Assembly (NCBI GenBank): GCA_028279805.1
Contig: JANQMZ010000007.1
Location: 690,001 to 722,000 of the forward strand
Reading direction: 5' to 3'
Length of the DNA stretch: 32,000 nt
Source: an archaeon
GTDB lineage: Archaea > Iainarchaeota > Iainarchaeia > Iainarchaeales > JANQMZ01
Part shown: positions 1-7,536 of the stretch, in pieces
How the letters are laid out: every line of letters begins with the position of its first letter
How positions within the stretch are numbered: position 1 is the first letter of the stretch
Program-made: the position numbers and the translations under genes
Notes under the pieces: model-generated
The model's database searches: none
What the model was told of the DNA's origin: nothing
Seen by the model: only the letters and a program-made list of their open reading frames with translations

Positions 1-2
1 AA

Positions 3-227
3 GCTGATGCTAAAAACGATTTTTATGTAGGAGGAAATCCTGTTGAAATTAAAAACATTTCAAATCTTGGAATAAATGAACAAAGAAAACTGCAGTTTGA
101 CATCCGGCCGAATCCTTCAAGGCTTGGACAGGTTTTGCCGGGCACTTATAATTTTAAAATTGTTTTCACATCAAACAATGAAACAATTCTGGAACAAACA
201 GCTGTACTTGTTGTTGAAAAAAATTAA
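3..227 (+). CDS. 3' end of a CDS cut by the window edge; hypothetical, possibly a surface/secreted beta-rich protein
   Basis: Frame is open from the window edge to TAA at 225-227 (..VGGNPVEIKNISNLG..GTYNFKIVFTSNNETILEQTAVLVVEKN). Absent from the ORF track because no start lies in the window. The function guess is only a loose resemblance to archaeal surface-protein repeat domains. Confidence 0.45.
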   Translation, partial: ADAKNDFYVGGNPVEIKNISNLGINEQRKLQFDIRPNPSRLGQVLPGTYNFKIVFTSNNETILEQTAVLVVEKN

Positions 228-255
228 TTCACAATTTTAAAGCTTTAAAAAATGT

Positions 256-525
256 TTAATATTTAATTTCAAAATCCTTAAAATGTTCCAATTCTTCAAA
301 TTCAGTCACAACATTTTCAACTTTTGAAGCAGGAGAGCCCTTTTCAATTTTTTGAACAAATTTTTTCAAATTTTTTTCGATGCCCTGGGCAACACATTCA
401 ACTTTTCCGTTTTCTAAATTTTTAACCCAGCCTTTCAACTTTAATTCTTCAGCCCATTTTTTTACATGTGCCCTGAAAAAAACTCCCTGAACTTTTCCGG
501 AAACAAAAATATGCATTTTTTCCAT
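256..525 (-). CDS. acyP: acylphosphatase
   Basis: Small protein with the hallmark VSGKVQGVFFR motif and a following GWVKNLENGKVE block. The track ORF starts at GTG 546; ATG at 525 (MEKMHIFVSGKVQGV) gives the usual ~89 aa. Start uncertain. Confidence 0.85.
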   Translation of the reverse strand: MEKMHIFVSGKVQGVFFRAHVKKWAEELKLKGWVKNLENGKVECVAQGIEKNLKKFVQKIEKGSPASKVENVVTEFEELEHFKDFEIKY

Positions 526-577
526 ATTAAACAAACTGAAAAACACTTTTTTTATTTTTTTTTATTTTAAATTTATT

Positions 578-892
578 ATGAAAATTCTGCTTACAACAAC
601 CAAAAATGAAAAAGAAGCTCAAAAAATTTCAAAAGAGCTTTTAAAACAAAAACTTGCAGCCTGCTGTAACATTATTCCCGGAATAAAAAGCTTTTACTGG
701 TGGAAAGGCAGAATAGAATCAGATTCAGAATGCCTGCTTTTATGCAAAACCTCTGCTTTTAAACAAGAAAAAGCAGCTGAACTGGTTAAAAAAATGCATT
801 CATACGAGGTTCCAAGCATTGAATCTTTTGAGTTAAAAAACCTAAATTCTGACTACAAAAAATGGCTTGAAACAACGTTAAAACAGCCTTAA
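578..892 (+). CDS. cutA: divalent-cation tolerance protein CutA
   Basis: 104 aa with the CutA1 pattern AACCNIIPGIKSFYWWKGRIE..E..LL.KT and HSYEVPSIESFEL. Confidence 0.85.
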   Translation: MKILLTTTKNEKEAQKISKELLKQKLAACCNIIPGIKSFYWWKGRIESDSECLLLCKTSAFKQEKAAELVKKMHSYEVPSIESFELKNLNSDYKKWLETTLKQP

Positions 893-946
893 AAATGGTT
901 AATTTTGGCAAAAGCTTTTATTAACTTTATAATCCCTATTGTTATT

Positions 947-1025
947 GGAAGCGAGGGGTTCGGGTTCTATTTCATAGGCCTGATCAACCAACTCTCTTAG
1001 CAAACCCTTGCTTCCTCTTTTTTTT
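947..1025 (+). ncRNA. candidate structured small RNA or intercistronic hairpin/terminator, class unknown
   Basis: 947-960 pairs with 1002-1015: 11 consecutive pairs including one G-U, one mismatch, then 2 A-T pairs. The 69-nt element has 35 G+C by hand count, in a visibly AT-rich window. It is followed directly by T8 (1018-1025). It lies in the cutA-udg spacer and fails a tRNA cloverleaf test. Confidence 0.3.
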
Positions 1026-1034
1026 GTGATTGTA

Positions 1035-1574
1035 ATGTCTTTGGAGCAGGTGCATTCTCAAATTGTTTCCTGCACCAAATGTTCCTTGCATGAAAACAGG
1101 ACAAATGCTGTTCCCGGTGAAGGGAACAGGAATGCAAAAATTTTTTTTGTAGGAGAAGCTCCGGGAAGAAATGAAGATTTAACAGGAAAACCTTTTGTGG
1201 GTTCTGCTGGAAAAATTTTAACACAGCTTTTGGAAGAAAACGGTTTTTCAAGAGAAAATGTTTTCATAACTTCTATTTTAAAATGCCGTCCTCCTAAAAA
1301 CAGAAACCCGCATCAGAATGAAATTAAGGCATGTTCTCCTTATTTAACCCGGCAGATAAATTTAATAAAACCAAAACTTTTGGTTTCATTGGGGCAAACC
1401 GCTTTGTCTTTTTTTTCAAAAAACTCTAAACTAAGTGAAAAAAGAGGAACTTTGTTTGATTTTGAAAATTTTAAAGTGTTTTCAACTTATCATCCTGCCG
1501 CAGTTATTTATAACAGAACTCTTTTATCTGAATTAAAAAAAGATTTTAAAAAAATTTCAAAACTTGTTGTTTAA
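1035..1574 (+). CDS. udg: uracil-DNA glycosylase, family 4 (Fe-S type)
   Basis: Motifs GEAPGRNEDLTGKPFVGSAGKIL, CRPPKNRNP, HPAA and the N-terminal Cys pair CTKCSLH. Track ORF begins at TTG 1008; ATG 1035 is preceded by GTGAT (SD-like). Confidence 0.9.
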   Translation: MSLEQVHSQIVSCTKCSLHENRTNAVPGEGNRNAKIFFVGEAPGRNEDLTGKPFVGSAGKILTQLLEENGFSRENVFITSILKCRPPKNRNPHQNEIKACSPYLTRQINLIKPKLLVSLGQTALSFFSKNSKLSEKRGTLFDFENFKVFSTYHPAAVIYNRTLLSELKKDFKKISKLVV

Positions 1575-2134
1575 TTTTTTCCTTTTATTTTGCTTGAACC
1601 TGGCCCTTTTTGTTTTAAGTATTTGCTTCCTTTTCTTTTATTGTAAGGTGTTTTGCTGGGACTTGACAATTCTTCAAAAGTTATTCTGCATATTTTCATT
1701 CCAGGCCAGAGTGAAACAGGAAGTTTTGAAATATTGGCAAGTTCAAGTGTTAGTTGTCCTTCAAACCCGGGATCAACTGAACCTGCAGTTGAATGAATAA
1801 CCAAACCTAATCTTCCAAGAGAGCTTCTCCCGTCAAGCCTTGCAATCAAATCGTCAGGCATTTTGACATATTCAATAGTGCTTGCCAGAACCAGTTCGCC
1901 CGGATGAATTGTAAAAGGTTTTCCTTTTTTTATTTTAATTAATTCTGTTAAATCGTTTGACAAGCCTTTTTTTGAATCAATATGAGTCATTTCAGTGTGT
2001 TTAAAAACCCTGAATGTTTTATCAAGCCTTAAATCAATTGAGGCAACTGAAATGTTTTTTTTATCCACATTTTTGATTTTAATTCTTTTTTCTTTTATTG
2101 CTTTTTTTATATCCTTATCGCTTAAAACTGCCAT
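1571..2134 (-). CDS. dcd: dCTP deaminase (possibly bifunctional dCTP deaminase/dUTPase)
   Basis: 187 aa with IDLRL, HPGELVLASTIEYVKMPDDLIARLDGRSSLGRLGLVIH and VDPGFEGQLTLEL. AGGTGA lies 7 nt upstream of the ATG. Confidence 0.9.
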   Translation of the reverse strand: MAVLSDKDIKKAIKEKRIKIKNVDKKNISVASIDLRLDKTFRVFKHTEMTHIDSKKGLSNDLTELIKIKKGKPFTIHPGELVLASTIEYVKMPDDLIARLDGRSSLGRLGLVIHSTAGSVDPGFEGQLTLELANISKLPVSLWPGMKICRITFEELSSPSKTPYNKRKGSKYLKQKGPGSSKIKGKN

Positions 2135-3189
2135 TATTTTTCACCTAAAATTGTAAGAACATTTTCCTTAAATGGTTTAAGTTTTTCTCTCGGAATCCTT
2201 CCGCCGGCTGCCGGAACATGCCCTCCTCCGCTTCCTATTCCGTCTGTTGCTTTTTCAAGCAGTTCATTCATTTTAATTTTAAAATCCTGCCTTCTTGCTG
2301 ACAATGTTAAATGTGTTTTTCCCAAGTCCTGTACAACAACAAGAGTTTTGTCATAATATTTTTGTGATAAAGTGTTGCTTACAAAACTTTTAATGTCATA
2401 TTTTGGTTTTATTATAAAAAAATACAAACCAATTTTTTCATAAAATTCAGCATTTTCAAAATCTTTCAGCCATTTGTCAGCTTCTTCTTTCAATTTTTTA
2501 ACATCTTTTTGAAACACACTTTGTTTCATTTCATCTGAATTTTTTGCATTAACAAATTCAATTACAAGTTCGTCAAATTTTTCCGGTTCAACAGTTTCAA
2601 CAGCATTAATCAGTTCTGTTAATTGTTCTAATTCTTTTAAATTTGTTGAATTTTTTTCATAAGTCTGTTCAAAAAAATCTTTCCATTGTTCAAATCCCAT
2701 GTCCCCAAGAATTCCGCAGCAAACAATCCATTGGAATTCTTCCAAACTGGTTTGTGCTGAAAACAAATCAAAGCACAGTTTTGATGCCGGATATTTGCTC
2801 GGATCAATGTCTGAAATAAAACTTGCTTTAATGAAAAGGGTTTTATCAGATTCAAGATTTTGATACACTTTATGATGGTCTATTATTAATACATCTGCAA
2901 ATTTTTCAAATTGTTTTATTTTTTCACCCATTGAATCAACAGACAAATCAACCATTATTATTTTTTTAAAATTCTTTTTTTCAAGTTCGGGAATAAGGCT
3001 TAAAATTTCATCATATTCCACTGCCTGCATAAAATCAGGTTTTTTTCCGGTTATTTTTTCAAGAGCTTTAAATGTGATTATTCCCGAGCCAAGCCCATCC
3101 GGGTCCCTGTGGTGCAAAACAGCTGTTTTTTGTTTTTGAATGTTTTCAAAAAAATTTTTGACTTTTTTTTGATATTTTTCAAGGCTCAT
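2134..3189 (-). CDS. DHH/DHHA1-family phosphoesterase (NrnA/RecJ-like)
   Basis: HHRDPDGLGSG (DHH motif I/II), IIDHHK (DHH motif III) and GGGHVPAAGG (DHHA1). Its stop overlaps the dcd start as TAATG. Confidence 0.8.
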   Translation of the reverse strand: MSLEKYQKKVKNFFENIQKQKTAVLHHRDPDGLGSGIITFKALEKITGKKPDFMQAVEYDEILSLIPELEKKNFKKIIMVDLSVDSMGEKIKQFEKFADVLIIDHHKVYQNLESDKTLFIKASFISDIDPSKYPASKLCFDLFSAQTSLEEFQWIVCCGILGDMGFEQWKDFFEQTYEKNSTNLKELEQLTELINAVETVEPEKFDELVIEFVNAKNSDEMKQSVFQKDVKKLKEEADKWLKDFENAEFYEKIGLYFFIIKPKYDIKSFVSNTLSQKYYDKTLVVVQDLGKTHLTLSARRQDFKIKMNELLEKATDGIGSGGGHVPAAGGRIPREKLKPFKENVLTILGEK

Positions 3190-3259
3190 TATTCAAAAAA
3201 AGCCCAGAAAAGTTTAATAATGAAAACGTGTTCATTGTAGTGATTTTAGGGGTGTTAGA

Positions 3260-3424
3260 ATGGGTTTTTCTCATGAGAACAGTAAAGGCGTAACCTATCA
3301 TTTGCACAAAAGAGGGCATTTATATTTTTTTTCAAAAAACCCTGAAGATTCGGTTGAAAAGCCGCCTGGTTATACTGTTGTTGAAAACAAAAAAACCGGC
3401 TTGCCTATGCTCAAAAAAGAGTAA
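3260..3424 (+). CDS. small conserved-looking hypothetical protein (54 aa), not in the ORF track
   Basis: ATG 3260 preceded by GGGGTG (3249-3254, 5-nt spacer); TAA at 3422-3424. Translation MGFSHENSKGVTYHLHKRGHLYFFSKNPEDSVEKPPGYTVVENKKTGLPMLKKE. It fills an otherwise empty 288-nt gap and looks GC-richer than the flanks. Confidence 0.5.
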   Translation: MGFSHENSKGVTYHLHKRGHLYFFSKNPEDSVEKPPGYTVVENKKTGLPMLKKE

Positions 3425-3477
3425 AACTAACACGCTTGTTTTAAATATCTTTTTTTGAATATTTTTAATAATTTAAA

Positions 3478-5286
3478 GTGATTTTTTTGGCTAAATACAG
3501 AATTAAAACTTTTGACAAAGAAGTTAAAGAATATAAAACGGAACTGAAAAAATTTGCAAAAAACAAAACCGTTTCCTTGCTTGTGGATTTTCACAACAAA
3601 AAAGCATATTATTCTGTTGCACCTTTGTCAAGAGCATTGCATGAATTAAATGCTGATGTTCGTGTTATTTTTTTAACACAAAAAAAGAAATCAGAAAACC
3701 TAAAAATAGTTGAAAACATCTGGAATTCCTTTAACGATTTAAAAAATGGAGTCAAAAACAAAAAAACTCTTGCTTTAAAAGATTTTATTGATTCTGTTAA
3801 CAAAAAAACAAAAAGCAAAGAGTTTGAAAAAATTTTCAAAGGCCCTGATGTTATAATTGAAACCCGGAAAAACAGTTTCATAATAACAAGCCATGACAAC
3901 AAAAAAATTTTGTTCAGAAACAAATGGTTTAAACCGAGAATGCAGGGCAAACTTTTAAACACGTGCAGGTTAATGGTAAAAGACTGTTATAATTTAAAAC
4001 GAAATGAAACATTAGCTTTATCCTGTGAATTAATTCCAAGAAAAAAAGACCTGGATTTGCCTCTGGATGATTATCTGGATAATTTTGTTATCGGCAGAGC
4101 TTTTGGAAAAGCTGTTTTGCAAAAAGCAAAACTTGGTTTTTCAACAGTAAGCCCCAAATTTTCAAAATTAATTCCTATGAACCGCTTGTCTGATTTGTCA
4201 ACAACAATTGCCGGATGTGAATATTCCAAAAATTCAAAGGAAACAATTTTTAAAAAATTTAAAAAAGTTTCAAAACAGTTTAAAATTCATAAATGGAAAA
4301 ATCCGGATGCGGTTTTTGCCATTATAGGCAAAGGCAGGGGCGGAAAACATTTTTTGGGCACAACAATCGGCTATCCGTCTCCTAACGGCAAAACACGCTG
4401 GCCTTCTCCCGGAGTCATGTTTTTGAAACCATGGTGGAACCAGCAAACCAAGCTTGACCCAAGGCCGCCTCAGTCACGTGTTTCCATAACCGAGACACTG
4501 CCTGTTGAAAACTTTATACGCACATGCAATGTGGATTACGGGGAAATGAGACGCAGGGACGCGGCAATAAAATCAATTATTGAAAAATGTTCAAAACTTT
4601 TTGTTAAAGGAAAAAAAACAAGGCATGGAAGAACAGACTTTGTTATTGATTTGATTCCGAAAGGAAATAAAACAAGACTGATTCAGACAAGTGATTCGGA
4701 TATGCGCTGGAAAATGGATAAAGAAATTTTTAAAAAATTCAAAGTTAAAGCGGGAATGTTTGACAATTGCCCGGGAGGCGAGGCGTTTTTCACACCGGAA
4801 TCAATTTCAGGCGTTGTAATAGGTGATGTTGTAATAAATCTGGACCAGAGCTATGTTTTATCTTCAAAAAATCCTGTGGTTTACAAATTTGAAAAAGGAA
4901 ACTGGAAAATATTAAAAGCTCCTGCAAAAATAAAAAAAATAATGAAAAAAGAATTAAATGAATCAAAAAAACTCATTAAACTTTATAAAAAGAAAAAATC
5001 TTTGCCTTCAAAAGTTATTAAAGATTATGAAAAAAATTTTTACAGAGTGGGGGAATTTGCCATTAATACAAATCCGCATGCCAAGCTCAGCCGTTATTTA
5101 ATTGAAAATGAAAAAATTGCAAGAATGATTCATCTGGCAATGGGTTCTGGTTTTGAACCGGACCGGCAAACATTATACCACTGGGACACGGTTGTCAATT
5201 CGCCAAAACAAAAACTTGACATTTTTGGCACTGATAAAAAAGGAAAAGAACACTGGATTATCAAAAAAGGCGCGTTTGTGGCATGA
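3478..5286 (+). CDS. M29-family (AmpS/PepS/aminopeptidase T-like) aminopeptidase, enlarged and divergent
   Basis: The C-terminal half carries M29-like blocks PGGEAFFTPE, GEFAINTNP..IENEKIARMIHLAMGSG and LYHWDTV. GTG start; the next in-frame Met is over 150 codons downstream. TTTTAAATAT lies ~30 nt upstream, consistent with a near-leaderless start. Confidence 0.6.
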   Translation: MIFLAKYRIKTFDKEVKEYKTELKKFAKNKTVSLLVDFHNKKAYYSVAPLSRALHELNADVRVIFLTQKKKSENLKIVENIWNSFNDLKNGVKNKKTLALKDFIDSVNKKTKSKEFEKIFKGPDVIIETRKNSFIITSHDNKKILFRNKWFKPRMQGKLLNTCRLMVKDCYNLKRNETLALSCELIPRKKDLDLPLDDYLDNFVIGRAFGKAVLQKAKLGFSTVSPKFSKLIPMNRLSDLSTTIAGCEYSKNSKETIFKKFKKVSKQFKIHKWKNPDAVFAIIGKGRGGKHFLGTTIGYPSPNGKTRWPSPGVMFLKPWWNQQTKLDPRPPQSRVSITETLPVENFIRTCNVDYGEMRRRDAAIKSIIEKCSKLFVKGKKTRHGRTDFVIDLIPKGNKTRLIQTSDSDMRWKMDKEIFKKFKVKAGMFDNCPGGEAFFTPESISGVVIGDVVINLDQSYVLSSKNPVVYKFEKGNWKILKAPAKIKKIMKKELNESKKLIKLYKKKKSLPSKVIKDYEKNFYRVGEFAINTNPHAKLSRYLIENEKIARMIHLAMGSGFEPDRQTLYHWDTVVNSPKQKLDIFGTDKKGKEHWIIKKGAFVA

Positions 5287-6338
5287 AAAGCAAAATAAAA
5301 CAATTGTTTAAAACAGTTAAAGCCAGCCAAATACTAATTTCAAATTTTTCTTATCAGGATCCTTTTTTTTATTATTTTACTCAGCTGCCTTTTAATCATT
5401 ATAAGCATAGTTTTTTGGTTTTAAAAAAAAATTCAAAACCTTTGCTTTTTGTTTCTCCTTTGGAATTTTCTTCGGCTAAAAAACTAAAAAATTTTAAAGT
5501 AAAAGCTTTTTCAGACAGACTTTTCAAAGACTTACAAAAAGAGTTTTCTTCCAAAAAAATGGGTTTTAATGCTGCAGGACTGTCAAAAAAAGAGTTTTCT
5601 TTTTTTAAAAAAAAATTTAAGGGAAAAAAGTTTGAGGATGTGAGCAAACAGCTTTTTGATTTAAGATTTGTTAAAACCAAAAAAGAGTTAAAAAGCTTAA
5701 AAAAAGCCTGTTCAATTGCCCAAAAAACTTTGAATTCTGTTCCTCAAATTTTTAAAAAAAACATGACTGAAAAAGAACTTGCATTAGAACTAGAATTTGT
5801 TGCAAGGGATTTTGGAGCAGACTCCCTGTCTTTTCCTGCAATAGTTGCTTTAAAAAAAAATTCTTCCCAGCCTCATCACATTCCTTCAAATAAAAAAATT
5901 TCAAAAGGATTGCTGTTAATAGATTTCGGGGTTAAAAAAAACAATTATTGTTCGGATATTACAAGAATGTTTTCAGTGGGAAAACCTTCAAAAAAACACC
6001 AGGAACTGTATTCCTGGCTTTTTGGCATTCAAAGAAAAACAATTTCAATGCTTAAACCAAAAGCAAAACTTTTTTCTCTTCAAAAATTTGTTGAAAAAAA
6101 ATTAAATGAAAAAAATTTTAACTTAATTCATTCAATAGGGCACGGAATAGGAATTCAGACACATGATTTTCCCCCAATTTCCAAAAAAACAAACATTGTT
6201 GCTGAAAAAAACATGGTTTTTGCAGTTGAACCTGCTTTTTATTTAAAAAATTTCGGAATGCGCATTGAAGACAATGTTGTTGTTCAAAAAAAACCAAAAC
6301 TTTTAACTTTTGCTTCAAAAAAACTGGAACAAATTTAG
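5283..6338 (+). CDS. M24-family Xaa-Pro aminopeptidase/prolidase
   Basis: Pita-bread metal-ligand pattern: LLIDFG..YCSDITR, HSIGHGIGIQTHDFP, FAVEPAFY, MRIEDNVVV. ATGA overlap with the upstream M29-like gene. Confidence 0.8.
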   Translation: MKSKIKQLFKTVKASQILISNFSYQDPFFYYFTQLPFNHYKHSFLVLKKNSKPLLFVSPLEFSSAKKLKNFKVKAFSDRLFKDLQKEFSSKKMGFNAAGLSKKEFSFFKKKFKGKKFEDVSKQLFDLRFVKTKKELKSLKKACSIAQKTLNSVPQIFKKNMTEKELALELEFVARDFGADSLSFPAIVALKKNSSQPHHIPSNKKISKGLLLIDFGVKKNNYCSDITRMFSVGKPSKKHQELYSWLFGIQRKTISMLKPKAKLFSLQKFVEKKLNEKNFNLIHSIGHGIGIQTHDFPPISKKTNIVAEKNMVFAVEPAFYLKNFGMRIEDNVVVQKKPKLLTFASKKLEQI

Positions 6339-6733
6339 TTTGCAATTGTTCCCGCACATGAAAGAATAACTTTAACTGTTTGCCCGTTATCTTTTAACAT
6401 TGTTATTTCAAGTTCTCCGTTAAAAGAATTTTGTTCCGGCAGGCTTATTCCCTGTATGAACAAAAAAGAAGATTTTTCCAAAACAGTTTGAGGCAAAAGA
6501 GTTACTGAACTGTTTTCAAAATCGTTTTTTCCATTAACCGAAATATTCACAATATCTGAATTTGAATGGTTTAATAAAACAAAATTTCCAAAACCGTTGT
6601 CAAAAGAATAATCCGTCAAAACAAAATCTTCACTGTTTGTCCTGCATGCTTCCCCGTAAGCAGGTGCAAGAAAAAACCACCAAATCAACCCCATTAAAAC
6701 TATTAACAAAACAATTTTTTTTCGCATGTTCAA
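6335..6733 (-). CDS. hypothetical secreted or membrane-anchored protein
   Basis: 132 aa. N-terminal basic and hydrophobic segment MNMRKKIVLLIVLMGLIWWFFLAPAYGEA, then a Ser/Asn-rich body. I recognise no motif. Confidence 0.55.
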   Translation of the reverse strand: MNMRKKIVLLIVLMGLIWWFFLAPAYGEACRTNSEDFVLTDYSFDNGFGNFVLLNHSNSDIVNISVNGKNDFENSSVTLLPQTVLEKSSFLFIQGISLPEQNSFNGELEITMLKDNGQTVKVILSCAGTIAN

Positions 6734-6792
6734 TTTAAGCCTATGTTAAAACTGTTTAATAATTTTTTCCAGCAAAAGTTTTAACGGTTTAA

Positions 6793-7536
6793 ATGGATTT
6801 TGAGCAGGCTAAAGAAACAATTTTCCACGCTTTAAGCAAAAAAAACATGATTTTATGCATAGGAAAATGCTATGTTGAATACTGGGGAAGGGCAGCTTCA
6901 AAATTGCCCAAAGGAAAAAGAATGCTTTTAATCAAAGGAGATAATTCTTTTGCAATTCACCAAAACAGGTTGTTAAGGCCTGTTAATTATATGATGAATT
7001 GCCAAATTTCTCAAAAAATTTCAGACAATGCATTAATACTTGAAGCGAGAAAAACAAAACCAAAAGAAACAATGAAAGTTTTTTTTTATTCAATTGATTT
7101 TCTTGAAACTTTTAAAATGGATGAATCACATGATTTAAGATTATTTGGCTCTGAAAAAGAATTATCAGACTTGTTAGCAGAAGATTTGTCTTTTATTGAA
7201 CCCGGTTTAAAGCCTTTTAAAAGAGAAGGATTGTTAAGGCAGGGTGTTGTTGACATTTTAGCTGAAGACAAGCAGGGCAACCTGGTTGTGATTGAAGTTA
7301 AAAGAAGGCTTGCTTCTTATAATGCGGTTTCACAACTGCAAAGATATATGAAACAGGTTGAAAAAATGAAAAACAGGAAAACTCGCGGCATTCTCATAGC
7401 ACCTGACATTGTTAAACCTGCTCATGAGTTACTGGAAAATTATGGCCTGGAATTTATGAAACTTGATTTTGATATCGGAAATCCTGAGGCAAAAATTAAG
7501 GGCTTGACAAAAAAACAAACAACATTGTTTGATTAA
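6793..7536 (+). CDS. nucS: endonuclease NucS/EndoMS (mismatch-specific, RecB-like nuclease fold)
   Basis: 247 aa. N-terminal YWGRAASKLPKGKRMLLIKGDNSFAIHQ block and C-terminal GVVDILAEDKQGNLVVIEVKRR..AVSQLQRYM nuclease core. Ends in QTTLFD, a PIP-like tail. Confidence 0.85.
   Translation: MDFEQAKETIFHALSKKNMILCIGKCYVEYWGRAASKLPKGKRMLLIKGDNSFAIHQNRLLRPVNYMMNCQISQKISDNALILEARKTKPKETMKVFFYSIDFLETFKMDESHDLRLFGSEKELSDLLAEDLSFIEPGLKPFKREGLLRQGVVDILAEDKQGNLVVIEVKRRLASYNAVSQLQRYMKQVEKMKNRKTRGILIAPDIVKPAHELLENYGLEFMKLDFDIGNPEAKIKGLTKKQTTLFD

Noticed and set aside
947-1015. tRNA gene
   Set aside because: A 7-bp acceptor-like stem can be drawn, but no D-arm or T-arm pairing and no T-loop consensus exist on either strand, and 69 nt is short. 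It is called an unknown hairpin instead.
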